This document shows positions 12,583-26,600 of a DNA stretch of 64,000 nt, in pieces. Under the pieces are notes generated by a model that worked only from the letters and a program-made list of their open reading frames with translations, was not told the origin of the DNA and did not search any database. The DNA is from Lingula anatina (taxonomy: Eukaryota > Animalia > Brachiopoda): positions 2,790,001-2,854,000 of the forward strand of contig CM120643.1 of the NCBI GenBank assembly GCA_051362555.1. The letters run 5' to 3'. Numbering within the stretch: position 1 is the first letter of the stretch; each line of letters starts with the position of its first letter. The position numbers and the translations under genes were made by a program.

Positions 12583-13572
12583 ATTCCATTTCAGACTGCG
12601 TGCCCTTTTCTGAATGCGTCTTTGATTAAATATGCGTGCTGTGTAGGGGATGCGGTATACATTGATTAGTCAAACAGATCTAATTACCTCATAAAAGAGA
12701 TCAAATCCCATTTTATAACGATGTAATCTTAGATATAAATCTTATCTAAACACCAATGATTCTGCAGAAGCAAAATATCAACGATTCCTTATGGATGGTG
12801 TGATCACTTTTCTTGCATTGGTGTATGTTACTACCGGTAGAATTGCCTATCATCAAACAAACGTTGAAAAAGATCATTCGGATTGAATTAGCATCTTGTG
12901 GGTAAGTTCAGGCAGTTTTAATTTTAACAACTTTGCAATTGCATTAATATGTCGATAACAGCATGTCGCACAAATTTACAGGTAAAGAAAGTGAAAATGA
13001 AAACGACGGCCAACACTTGAGAAAAAAAAGATCCATGGACCTTATTCGATTTCTTGTGAAGAAATAGATTCACTGTGATCAAATATAACCTTGAGTGGAG
13101 ACCAGATCAATACTGCATGGCTTTAGCTTTTACTTACCAGCGAAAACGGATAGAAGTCAAACCTTTGTGACCCAAGTCACTTATCAATAAAGGGAAATTT
13201 AATCCCAAGCAATAACCTTCTGTTTTTAAGATAATAACTTAGAAAGCTCAATATTGAATTTGCCAAAAACACTGATTCAATAATGATCCTTATGTTATAA
13301 ACGATTCCATTTGTTTTAGTCTGTCTTATTTTAGTCTTCATTGTTATTTGATTCATGCAACTAATGAAAATGAATTAGGAAAACACGATTCACTCTAAAA
13401 TGCCAGGACGTGGAAATAAATGAGTTTCAAGTGTTGATTACAAGAACAGAATATATATATAATGAAATATGATTCACATCATTCTAAGTTAAAAGCCCAA
13501 AATTACAGAATAAACCTTGGAGAAAAAAAAGACGGCCGGACTTCTTGCCAGTCTCTTCTTTTTCCTCACCGA

Positions 13573-14024
13573 TTATTACCTACGCCAAGGAGATTATGTT
13601 TTCACCCCTGTTTGTCTTTCTGTCTTTCTGTCTGTCTGTCTGTTTGTTTGTCATCAACATAACTCAAAAAGTTATGGATGAATTTCGATGGAATTTTCAG
13701 GGTAGGTCAGAAATGGATTAAATTAGAAGTATTAGTTTTTGGTGGTGATCCGGATCAATAATCTATCAATAATCCATAATCAAAAATAAAAAACTAAGTT
13801 ATGGACCGATTTTGATGAAATTTTCAGGAACTGTCAGTAGTGGGCGAAGGAACAGATGATTAGTTTTTGTGGTGGATCAATAATCAATCAATAATGAATC
13901 AATAATCAATAATCAAAGATAAAAAAATCTTAGTCATTATAGAATGAAAATTTAGGGGTGAAACGGCATTGGGTGGACACTTTGCTGCCTTGAAGGAGGT
14001 CTGCGCTCTCGGAGTGCTTTTTTG

Positions 14025-14027
<3 letters not shown>
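13573..14027 (+). mobile_element. Non-autonomous Helentron-type element (HINE/DINE-1-like)
   Basis: Subterminal inverted repeats ACCTACGCCAAGG / CCTTGAAGGAGGT, a (CTGT)n microsatellite, an internal duplicated core, a 3' stem-loop GCGCTCTCGGAGTGC and T-rich ends. Confidence 0.8.

Positions 14028-14068
<41 letters not shown>
14026..14068. repeat. (TTA)n microsatellite
   Basis: Read directly. Confidence 0.95.
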
Positions 14069-14071
<3 letters not shown>

Positions 14072-14347
14072 ATTTATTAAAACAATAAAAATTATCAAAA
14101 TAATTATGACATATTAACTGGATGCATACATGCTCTACATGTGGTGGACGATCTTGCTATATATACACGTGCGCTTTGGATAGATATGGTCATTTATTTG
14201 TCTACCCTTCCAAAAGTCAATATCTAAGGAGACTCCTGCGTGCAAGTAGGTATATTCTACTGCCGTGATGTTTACGTTAAGTAATGAAGATTGTACCTGG
14301 CATCCCCATACCTATGTTTAAAAACAACGCACAGCGTTCGCATTGTC

Positions 14348-14417
14348 TGACGTCACCAGCTGCCGGCCAATAACAGCAAAAATGCCGCGACATCGATCGT
14401 ATCTCCTCATATAAATA
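14348..14417 (+). promoter_or_regulatory. Candidate RGK gene core promoter: CRE, E-box, CCAAT, TATA
   Basis: TGACGTCA 14348-55, CAGCTG 14357-62, CCAAT 14367-71 and TATAAATA 14410-17, about 250 bp upstream of the ATG in canonical order. Confidence 0.65.
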
Positions 14418-14666
14418 CTTAGTCAGCGATTATTTGATCTAAGTCGAATACAATATTGCCTAGTGTAAATATTTTATGTGTGCTGCATGCAGATATTACC
14501 TAGAGTTTCTCTGGGCTATTCTGTAATTGCCACGGTTATTCATCAAGTGAGAGAAACTTCAAGACAGTATCTGCCGTGTTGAGCTGTATCATTTAGAACG
14601 ACAAAGAAGCCGTTTTCGTACTCAAAGACCCAGTCGCACCGTACTCACTCACTGCCCCTGATCATC

Positions 14667-17600
14667 ATGAGAGGAGATGCGAAGCGCACGCTTTCGACGC
14701 CTGTGGCAATACCTGAGAAACACCAATTCCATCACAGTCACACCGTCGGTGAAATTTCGACAGGTAATGGAACTGATGATTGCGGAGGTAACCTTTCTCC
14801 TACGGAAGCCGCCAGCGACGTCAATAGCAATAAACCACCGCAGCGTAGGGCGCCCAGTTTGAAATACTGCAGCTCTAAGTACCTTTACTCGGCCCAGGTT
14901 CAAACTGATATGGCGAGAACCAGCGGTGGAACCAGTCCCAACTCACCCGTATCATCAGGGCTTTATTTCCCTCACTCTTTATCCCCAATACGCTCTCGTG
15001 CGAATTCAGAAAATAAAAAGGACTGGCGCCCACGGGATGGCGACACTTTCTTCTCTCCTAACCCACGCCCCAGAACGTGGAGCATGCCGGCAAAACACTG
15101 CCGCCGACGCGGCCAATCGGCGGACGAACCCCTGCCACCGGCCGTGTGTGCCATTCCGGAGTACGCAGGGAACGGTCAACTTCAGCGCGTGCGATCGTTT
15201 ACCTTGTCGTCAAAGGGCCTGAAAAATAGAGGGGACTCCTACAAGAAAAAGACCACCGGCAGCAACCAGAGCATGGGGCAGTTGGACAATTTCTGCTCTC
15301 TCGTCACAGAGGAGGAGTTCCGGCAGCGCACCTCCAGTGTAAATTCCCAAGGAAGTTTGACGCACAGAAGTTGCGGAAGCGGCTCGAGCGAGTTTCGCCC
15401 GTCCTACAAAGTGGTGATCTTTGGCGCCGGGGATGTGGGCAGAACGTCCCTCACGAGACAATTTATGACCTCAGAATACATGGGGGCCTTCGACGCGAGT
15501 TTTGGTAAGTTCTACTTCTTTCGTGTTTCTCCGCGTTTGTAGGGTACGCTGTGATAAAGCAGCTTCTGATCGGAGACCACATTTTCAAAAAATATCATAT
15601 ATTTTTCTTTTAATATTCTCAATTACAATATAAAATTATATGTAAGGCCGTGTGAATGTAAGCGGAATAGAGTGCATGTATTCACGCGCGTTAGCGCGTA
15701 TCCTTATCTAGCCTTGGGATTTTCGTTCCATTTCCTGTAACTGCCTCTTCTCAAGGAAAATATCCATTTGCCACTCTGTCGGGTAGATAAAAGATAAAAG
15801 CTAGTGTTCACTCAATCATTTTCATCTGGTTAATTACCATTCTTAGGTAAGAAAATTCCACTTTGGCATTTAGAGTGAATGTCACGTTAAGATTGTATTG
15901 ATTGGTGGACATGGAAAGAAGCGCGGGGGGTCCATTGGGTTTGACATTCCATTCTGTCCTATGAATTACATTTGCCTTTTTTATCCTATGGGGAAACAGG
16001 TTTCAGTCAGGAATCAAGCATATGTTTGATCTGACGTGCAAAATCTCTTTTTGGTGTGTATAAAAAGTTGGCCTAAAATGAAGATATAAATGTACTAGCG
16101 TGTCTCTAAATCCTCAGTTAATCGTATTGAGATAGTCTGTCCTTCTTGAACAAAAGGCACATGCATATTTCTGAGAGATACATTTTTCTTTTTTGTTAAA
16201 GAAGCACCTATGCTCAAGCTGCTAACCTCTTTATTTTTAGTTTTCTAACTGGCATCACACCTGTGTGGCAAATACAGCCCCTCCTTGAACTAGTATCAAC
16301 CCATTTGATCCTAATTGCAACAGCAGGAACACGAATTTAGCGGTGCTTTGAAGTTAGGGCTGTTTTGTCCAGAAGTCAAATTCATCATGAAATGAAAAAA
16401 TGTGTACAAAAGAAATACATAAGAAGTTCATAAGAAATACGCAGATTTTGTGGACTCTCTTTGCCCCCCCTCCCCCTCCCCCCCCCCCCCACACACACAC
16501 ACCCACCCCACCCCACACAAACCCCACTACACTCTGCTCAGCTTTTCGTATTCGTGGTAGAAACGAGCGGTTCAGTTTAGAGTGCTTTCTTGGGCAAATT
16601 AAGTTCTTTCTGAAATCAGACCCCTGATGTAGGTTTCTTACCATAATTATATATAAAAGACCAGTCCAACACAAGATATTTTACCGTGATTACAGAATAA
16701 TAGCGCTTGGCTTAGCAACTAAGAAATCGGAATGGCTTAATTCCTACGATTAGATGCGTTAACCACAAGTCTTAAGTTTAAGTTAAGTGTTGACAGGATC
16801 GCCTTTTCGTAACGACTGATGTAATATATACTGCTTAAGTACAAATATATAGATAAGTAGGTTTCGTAAGTCGAAATTAGTTTTTTCTTGTCGAAGACTG
16901 TCAGCAAACAAGGTACTTGTCGCCTTTCGATATTAATGGCACTGTCTCAATGGCCCAAGTTATGTAATCCTCGTGCGACATTAATCAATAGATGTGGATT
17001 TCGTAAGCCCGATTTTATTAAATATCTCTGCGTCAATAACTGAAAATGGAAGACGGTGCTCAGATATCAGTTTCGTTAATGCCAATGTTGATTAAAATTG
17101 ATGACACATTGATTAATCTGATACCTTACTTTTAATTCCATTTTTATTACACAATGGCGCCTTCGCCGGATCGTGTGCACCTAGGCAAAGAATGACATTT
17201 CACAAGAAAATAGGCGGTTGTGCTGAAACTCCATCGTTTTTCACATTTGACATTACTGTATTTAGCAAACTAATCATTTGGTCGTTCTTATATTGACGTA
17301 TCTTTTTCATGGGTGTTGAAGGTGTGACATCTAAATACGACATCTATCATTAACAAGTGCCTATATAAATTGCGTCTGCATGGTGTATGTACTAATAAAG
17401 AAACTGCTATTAGTATGAGTGCGTTGTAAATAATCAGGGGCAGATCCAGAAATATTTTCTGACAGTCGATCTTCCACATTACCTTTGTTGATCATCCTCC
17501 ATTTTTTGACCGTCTTCCGACAGAAAAAATAGCTACTCGTCAATGTAAAAATTTAGAAATTTGACCGTCTTCCGGAAGACCGAGAAGACCGCCTCAATCC

Positions 17601-20600
17601 GCCCCAATGTACTTAATTTTACACAATTCATGCTAGTTTGTTTTCAATGTCCCTTTCATGTAGATGCATGTGTACCTACATAAAATTGCTGCTGCTGTAT
17701 CATGTAGTGCGAAATTTAAAAGCTGGGGGTTAAACGTTGGATCCACTCACTGCTACGAATGTTGAGCGTTGATCTACACACGAAGATCTTGAGAAAGCGG
17801 TCAGAATTATCCGCTAGTATTATCTTGATAGATATCGAAGACCTTGAGGGCTAATGGTGTTTCGAAACATTTGTCCGAGACCCGCATTTAAATTCTAGTG
17901 CATGTGACGAACCCTGGATCAGAGGAAGTCGTGGGCTTTGAAAGCAATTAATTGGTTCAGCTGAAAGTTCACTGATGGCGGTTAGTGATGTGCTTATACA
18001 CATGGATGAGTATATTAAGAACAGGACTAACTATCTATAGGAACGGAAATAGGCCAGACCACCAGATTAAATAATTTAAAAATGGAAATCTTCAATCTCA
18101 TGTTTAAGCTATCGAGTGGTCTGGTAATTACTTCGAGCATCCGTCCACCCCCAGATTCATTTAGACTACCCTTAGCAGAATATCAGGCCTGCTGCAATTT
18201 CTCTGGCAAATTAAATGCAAACTTGCAAGAAATTTTTGCAAATTCGCTGCAAGTTTGCTGCTAATTTGCTGCGAATTTGCAGCAAATTTGTTTCAAATTT
18301 GCAAGAACCTGAATACTTTCTTGCAAACGTACTGCACACTTAATATGTTCTTGCAAATTTACTGCTATTTTGTTGCAAATTTGCCAGAACATAAAGACTT
18401 TTCTTGCAAACCTGCTGCAAACTTTAGTTGTTATTGCAAATTTGTTGCAAATTAGCAGCAATACAATTCTTCTTGCAAACTCCCGCAAATTAGTTGCTGC
18501 AATTTTGCTAGAATATAGCTGCAAACTTTTCATTTTGCTAAAGGTATTGTAAATATATTGTCTTGAATCTTTATCATTGACATGTGCTCGCAAGAGAACC
18601 TATTCTAACAACATATTTGAAATTAAATCAAAATTTATAAAACAAGCATTCACCGGCAAAAATAAAATATGTAATGTATAAAATAAAAATACGAAAAATA
18701 TGCCTTGATGTCTTGGCTTTCAACAAATATCAGTGGTTAAACCCCATTTACACTGGACGGTGTCCTTTCTGCGTCCTTTGTGCGACCATGAAACTGACAT
18801 CGCTGTGGTCGTAGAAAGGAGACACAAGCATCGCTTTGGTTGCAGAAAGAATGCTCAATGATCGGCCAGTTGTCGGCACGTAATTCTTTTTTTACTCTCA
18901 AACGGGGCCGTACTATTTGGGACGCTGTCCAGTGTAAAGGGGGCTTTACAAGTTTGCATAATATAGCTCACGCAGAAAACAAACCAGAGACCCTGATGAT
19001 ATACGGGTAGCAACTTGCACGAGGAGATAATTTTGTCGCTAACAGTGCAAGAAACAATAACACGCGGCATCCTTATTTTAGACAAATATTTTGTCAAAAT
19101 GACGAAATTGTAGAAAAATTATATTTGTACGAGTAGTTATTAAGGTGATTTAGTCCTCAGGAATGTTTGGTTTTAAGGGTGATTTCGGGCCATTTCCCTT
19201 TAAAACGTTTCCAGTGTGAGCTTGGCCCACATGCTAGTGCAGTATTTGTGGGCTTTTAGACCATTTATAAAGATGAAACCCTACGTTTCACATCTGACAA
19301 TCACTATAAATGTACCTTTCCACATGCAGCCTTTTATTTTTAACAATAACTTCTAACATTTACGGGTATTCAGCAATTATTACGGTCATAGGACTTGGAA
19401 CAACTGAACTCTGGGCACGAACAATGTCTGTGCTTCGATGATGACACATGTATACTACTCACTTGCTTTTCAGATGCAATATACTCTGATGAACACTCCT
19501 CTTGAAAATTTAATGTTTGAGAAGAAATTTAATCGGTCAAGAAGGCTGCCACATAATGTCATTACACATCTCGGTAATGGCGTCTGTGTGTTACTTAAAA
19601 CCGTCTTTTGTACCTTTAAATCTGTGCATCACCCTCTACCGGGTTCACTGACTGATTTTTCACCAGATATTCCATACAATGTCTCTGGCTAAATATGGTC
19701 AATCTTTTACCCGTGGCTGGTTGAAAAAATGCCTATAATACCTGCCGTCCTGGTAGAGGGCACCTGTGCATAGTGACACTGTGCATTTTGTTGTATATAT
19801 TTAGTAAATCCTAAATGTATCTGCCTAATGCGATCATTCAGTTTTTGGGTGGCTGCTAGAGAGCTCGAATGGTCTTTCTGTCTTCGTTTGTTCTAGAAAC
19901 GTAAAGTCACTTACCTTCACAATCTGAATCAAAATCGTTCATTATGTCATGCAATATATCGAAAATGATAGCTGTTTTTTTCTGTTACACAAGTGATAAA
20001 AAATTTTGAAATCTTGTATTTTGCAATGGAATATACATGTACAACTGTTACACGTGCATTGACTTTTTTCGTAAGGTTAAATATTTGTGCAATACATTAC
20101 CGTCGGTGAATGATATATGAAAATCGTTTTTTGAAATCTTGATGTGAAATATGAACATTTTTTTCGCTATCTTTCCACTTCATTTACAGACAGCTATGGC
20201 AGACGCCAACGGTTCGAATATTAAAGATCTCGTACATATACAAATTGATGGATCGATCCAGCAATCGCATTTAGTCAGCTTTATTAAACTGCAAAATTAC
20301 TGTAAGATAAGTTCGGACTGAAAATATGTGCATGGTGGGAAATCTAGGAGAGAAAGTTAGAGCATTCTATGGCACCATACGCGTTCATTGTCCAATATCG
20401 CTAGAAATAAAGAGTGGTCGTTTTACAGTTAATCAAAAGGGTTGGGTTAATCTAAACGTACTAGCTTCATGTTACTACGGCTATCGGTTAATATGCTGCT
20501 AAACTGTTAAGTGTCAAGTAAACCGACTGCGTTTGTTTGTTTGTTTGTTTGCTTTTTTGTTTGTTTTCTTGATGACAAGCCTTCGTATTTCCAAAGTATA

Positions 20601-23600
20601 ATATCAGCACTATTCAGACGACTATTTAGCAAGCAAAGATATGCCATTACAGAAAGGGTGGAACAACTTATTCCTCTTGCGCAATGTTTCTTCTCACATT
20701 TGTGGAGAAATATGGATACATGAAAGAAAAAAAGGCTATTTCACAGGTACTTGTTAGAGCTAAAATGTTGCCAAGATTCAGTTCACGGTTTGAAAAGGTG
20801 CAGTGCATTTGAACCAAATGGAAGAGTTGGCCGAGCTGAATCTCTGTACACGACCCGACAAGTGCTTGATGCCAAAACAGTCGTGATGAGGGGAGGGGGG
20901 GCAAAGTCAGTTTATTTTTTACTATTTTGAACACTGCTTGTCTGATTTCAGGACAAACTACAGCTGCAGCGCGATGGTAAATAACCGTGCACTAGGTTTT
21001 CAAGTACAAAGAACAAAAACAGGGAGTAGTAGGTTAGTGGTAATTGGTGCCACATCGTTTCAATTCAGACATATCTATCTTCCAGAACCGTTCGGTACTT
21101 AAGATACACCGGGCTTAGCAGCTATTTTTATTCTATTTATACTCTACATATTTTCTCATATCTTCTTCACGCTATTACATAAACCGTTTTCTCACAATCT
21201 ATTCCTGTCATGAGTACCTACTCAGGTGATCCTGAAAGTGCCATTATATCAATGAGCATTTCTCACACGTCTCACGCTCAGTCTTTATTTAAGAGAGAAT
21301 TTATCGCCGGTTGATAAGTGCATAATTTACACAGTCTGGCCATCGAATTAATTTTGCTTTGCCTCTTCTTACACATGTAATACATTCGTCCCTGAACTTT
21401 TATGAACATGGCGTTTTGTAAACATATCTATTAAGTCTTAATTAAGTCTTATTAATACACACAATACTCCCGCTATTGTTATTTGTATAAGTCCCTCGTT
21501 CTTTTCCCAGGCGCAATCCACTTCTTTCGTCTCTTATAAAACATACATGATTCAGTCCATGTGTTAATTGCTTCTCGAGTCTAGCATTAAGTGGTCTATA
21601 CCTGGTTTGTCCGCAAAACACTCCTTGTGTCCAAGATATTGAGGGACTTAACTAGCACGTGGACATAAGTGTGATCATGTCGAGTGTCGCTTAATTGAAA
21701 ACTGATGGAATACTTGGAACAACAATGAAGTTAATCTCGCCACGTCTTTAATGGACGCTAACTGATTTGTTTTGACCATGTTTAAGATGACCCTTACTTG
21801 CCTTACAATGCATCTTTCACAATATGATGTCTGGGCATTTAAAAGGTAAAGGCGTCCTATGCCTGTCTCAAAATACCTTGATTTGTATACCTCATCAACG
21901 CTTTCAGTGAGGGCGGGAATGGTATATTGTAGATATTTTCGAAGGATAAATCAAACTCGAGGGTGGGGTATACTTGGTAAATTGGTCCATGCTAGCACTT
22001 AAGCTCAGCGTGGCTTATCTGTGGCATTTGTATCCCTCTTATGAAAACTCTGTGCTGATATTTTGGATAGTCATATTATACAAAAACGGACATTAAATTC
22101 ACGATGAGACGACCTCCACCCATTATAAGGCCAGTTTAGACTTGCGTCAGATGGTTCTGTCCAAAAGATCCTTGTGTTCGTGGGTAAGATGTGCGCACGC
22201 TCGCATGTGTACCGCAGATTCACTGTGTAAACTGGACAGTTACTTTTTCTCCTGTAATTATTTTTACGTTATTACCATCTGGGCTTATTTGCGCATCCTC
22301 ATCATAATTAGCCTGGTATCTGGAAGCGTTCGGAAAGATTGATGGATCGTTTTGCGTTGGTGGCACTTCCTTATGACGCTCAGCTTTTAAAAGTTCCCAG
22401 TATCACTTGCATTTACTTTGTAGCCCCGTCTTTTTTCCTTATTAAAAATAAGCATTAAAAGGCTTTCGCTGATTGATTTAAACGGTTTCACTAATTAATT
22501 ACACCGAGACAAGAGTTCCCTTAAGTGTTCACACTACATTAGATAAAATATAAGAATAATCATAAACATTTACCTTCGACAACATTTTGTGAGTTTCAAT
22601 GGACGAGGAGTATTAGCAGTGTATTTTCTATTGATTGCTAAGGAAGCCTTATAACAAAGTCAAGGAAATCCGTTCATTACGGGCCGCCGCCGCCCACTAC
22701 TACTGCAACTTAAATGCTGTTTCTATTTATGCCATCTTTATTGGCAATCTTTCTTAAATGCAGTCAGACAATTTAGAAATAACTACAGTGGTTTCAAATA
22801 ATGCACCCCATCTCGATCTGTATTAAACATTTGGCTTAACTGCCTTGAAAATTATCCTAAATAAACTGGACATGGAACGGGTATGTATAGGAAGATATAA
22901 ACGTTTGAAAATTGTGATTGATCGCAGCATTTACACGTAATAAAGAAAGGAAGCACGTGGACGGAGACGGAGTTCCGCTTAGAAGTCGTAAACATGGGAA
23001 TTCAGGTGTTGTTTTTTTAATACTAAAAATAAACCGAATTGACAATAACATCCTTTGAGGTAAGCGTTCTTAGAATCGCCCTTGTTTACGCTTGCCGCAG
23101 CAGAAAGAAAACAGACAACATGTTTTGATTATTGACGAAATCCTGAAAATCGGCGTGCCTTGTCAATCACAGACGTCACGCGATAACCATGGCCTTACCC
23201 CCCCCCCCCCCCCTTAACAGGTTATAACCCTGAGTATCGAGGTGAAGAGGATCCCTTCGCCTGTACAACATTTACCTGCAATACACACGCAGTTTGTACA
23301 TGTATTAGTGAGTGAGATAGCCATCTTCATGTATTTTAAAACAACGGTAAAATACATCCCTAAATAAGGGTACTGTGCAAAACTATTGCTTTGACCCAAA
23401 CTCCCCTTAATCAACAGTATATTGATTTGGATGGCAACATCATGGACGTAAGATTGGCCAATTACGTAGGTTATGAGATGAATAGATGTCGTGAGTACAA
23501 GGAAAAGGCCAAACTAGAGGTGTGAGCTAAAGACTTATTTTACACCATTTACATGAAAAGATGTCCTCAGAGTAACATACTTGTACATTGCAGTGGCGGA

Positions 23601-26600
23601 TTTAGTACACCCGTTACATATAAGGATGTCCTTAATGTTACATACTTGTAGATTGCTATATTTATGTCAAATGTTTCCATAAATCTAACTATGGAATAAC
23701 AGTGCTGTAAATAAGCAACCATACAGGTGGTTGCTTCTTTTTCATCGGAAGGAGTTCAGCGCTATAAAATTTTCGGCCATGTTGTCCTCAATCATTGTAC
23801 GTGCACATGTACTTTCTGACACGCAATCGGCAAATTTTCGAATGTCCGCAATACTCCAGAGGCAGTTTACTTCTAATCCGGCTATCCAAACCGGGGATTG
23901 ATTGGCATGTTGGGCCTTTCTTAATTGAGTTAACATTAATATATTTAAAAAAAAACTTGACCTGCATTATTGATCCTTTTCAAAAACCTGTTTTTCATTA
24001 GATGTCGATCTTTATATCTTTTAAGCAAACTGTTTGCGTTGTTAGCATGGCAACAGCGTTTCTCACTGATGCTGGTGGTTTACTTTTATTGCTAATGCAA
24101 GTACATGTAGTGCTGATACTTATGGGGCAATAACTTACTGATTTTGTTCTCACTCATTTTGATATAAAATGACGCTATTTAGCTTTCTATTACCGTCTTT
24201 TTAATTCAACTGACAGTATTACTAGTTATAAATAAATAAACTGGGCAGTTATGGTACGTTTATATTATCAATATTATCAACATCGGTTTCTTTTTTTATA
24301 CAGAAATGATAAATTCACTAGATGGATATAATCCCTAATAACTTTTGAATATCTTTTTAGAAATTTTTGAATATTTTTTTAAACTGAAATCATATCGATA
24401 TTGTAAGTTTCGATAAAACAGTAGGTCTACACGTAACATAACTTCACGTTGATAGATTGACAGGCAAAGTGATGTAGACTGGAATTGTACATAAAGCATA
24501 GAATATAATGAAAAATTAAATTTAATATATAAATACATGTGTCACCAAGCCCGCTATGCCAGCAGTCATCACACTGTCACGTGATATACGGAGCTGGATA
24601 TCGCCGACGTCATCATGATCAAAACCGTACACATAATTTGCTGAACATTATTTCAAGTGGAAACGCGACCTTCAATCGTTTGTATAAATCTTATTCTGAA
24701 AGACACTTCAAGGGTTTCAAGAAAAGAAGCATTGCAAGAAAGATATATTTAGAGCTCGTACAAGAGACGAAGCGAGAAATTATTCTTGGAAAGATAAAGG
24801 TGCAAAGGAAAGGAAAAGCTTCAAGGTCTTTAAAATCGGGAACCAGAGAGTAAAAACATCTGCCTTTTTTTAAATAAACAACAACATGACATCTATGTAT
24901 CGGTCCAGTACTTGGAATTGTTTTCGAAACATGTACAAAACACAAGTTTCCTGAATTTTTTTCTTCATTCAAGTTTCTCACTGCATTTTCAATTGTTTTC
25001 GGAAATGAACCGACGCTAATGGGTAAACAAGCCGTTAGCGTCTGTTCATTTCCGAAAACAATTGAAAATACATGCAGACCAGTGTTATGCATCAACCGAT
25101 TGAACAGATGCCGCTATAAAAGACTGGCCAATTATTTTGAACTTAATTATTAAATGAAAATGGAATAAAACATAAAATCCAAGTGCAAGAATTGGTCGAG
25201 TAATGATTTCCGGATTGAAAAATTCATTTTGGCGGGTGAATTCTGTGGAAAGTCCCTTTAATACATATATAAATAATATTGATTAAGTTACATGATTTTG
25301 CAATATCACCTTCTTTTCAGTTAATTATAAGTTTACAACCTGCATATTTGTACCAAATCATTTCATTGTCACTACTTCTAATTCACACGCCATAAACCCG
25401 ATTTATCTCATACCAAATTTATCAACCGATTTTTGCAAACATTTCTTCCATGTCTCTCGCAGCTTTTCAGTGTTTCTGTCCCTGGTATTCCCCGCGCAGG
25501 CAGCCTACTCAGCGGCCACTACGGTGCCGTCGCATTTAAGTCGATTTTCCCATCTTCCAGCGCTGGCCCCTTTCTGTGATAATGGTCATTATTACACACG
25601 TAAATCCTAAATCCGAAAACCACTGGACGTCAATGTGTCCGTATTAAGTTCATGGGTCTTAATGTTACGGAACGGGCTTAAACGAGCTTCGAGTGACGAG
25701 GGATGGGTTTTAATTAATTAAGAGGCTGAAGCGCGTTGTTATAGCGATCGGAGTGGGTTAATCTAGATGGCCTTAAAAGAGATTTTAGACATGGAAGTGC
25801 ACCAAGGTGAAGATATAGATTTATCTGCCAGACAAACTGACAAATAAGTTACTTAGTAATCTTAAGGTCAGCAGTATGCAAACCCCTCCCCACAGACCTT
25901 TCTAATAAACGCCCGCATGACTGTAAAAACGTGATGATGCCCGCCGCAAACCAGTTACCACTCGACCTCCCTACAACGTTATATATTTTCACGTGTGGTG
26001 ACGCGTTTTATTGTCACACGCATTACCACCAGGTGGCTGTCCATGTATTAAGTTATACGTCAACTACCAGAGGACGCAACTAAATGCTTTCAATGACTTA
26101 ATACAGGCAAATCTCAGGTAACCCCCCCCCCCTTTACGCTGGACGGCGTCCTTTCTGCGTCCCGCAGTACAGTCCCGTTTGGGAGTAAAAAAAAATATTT
26201 TACGTGCCGACAACTGGCTGATCATTGAGCATTTTTTCTGCAACCAAAACGATGCTTATGCCTCCTTTCTACTGCCACAGCCAGTTTCACATGGTCGAAC
26301 AAAAGACGCAGAAAGGACGCCGTCCAGTGTAAATGAGGTTTAAGAGAAGGCAATGAAATTCCCCCTGGACATTGACTTGTCTACATTTGGATATGATAAC
26401 AAGGTCGGGTGTTTTTTCACAATAAATACTAAATCGCAAAAAATGTTTTCAAATCAGTTTCGGAGAAGGGTTGGTCATTTCCGTATCTCACTGCAATTGC
26501 TGTGGCGTCTTTGCGTTAATGCACTATGCCACCTAGCCCGATATCTTTGTAAGATTATAGTCAAGAGAATTACAAATGGCGATATCAAATTCAACCTTAG

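Noticed and set aside
18082-18593. Overlapping Cys-rich ORFs on both strands
   Set aside because: They arise from TTTGCAAA subrepeats of a TIR element.
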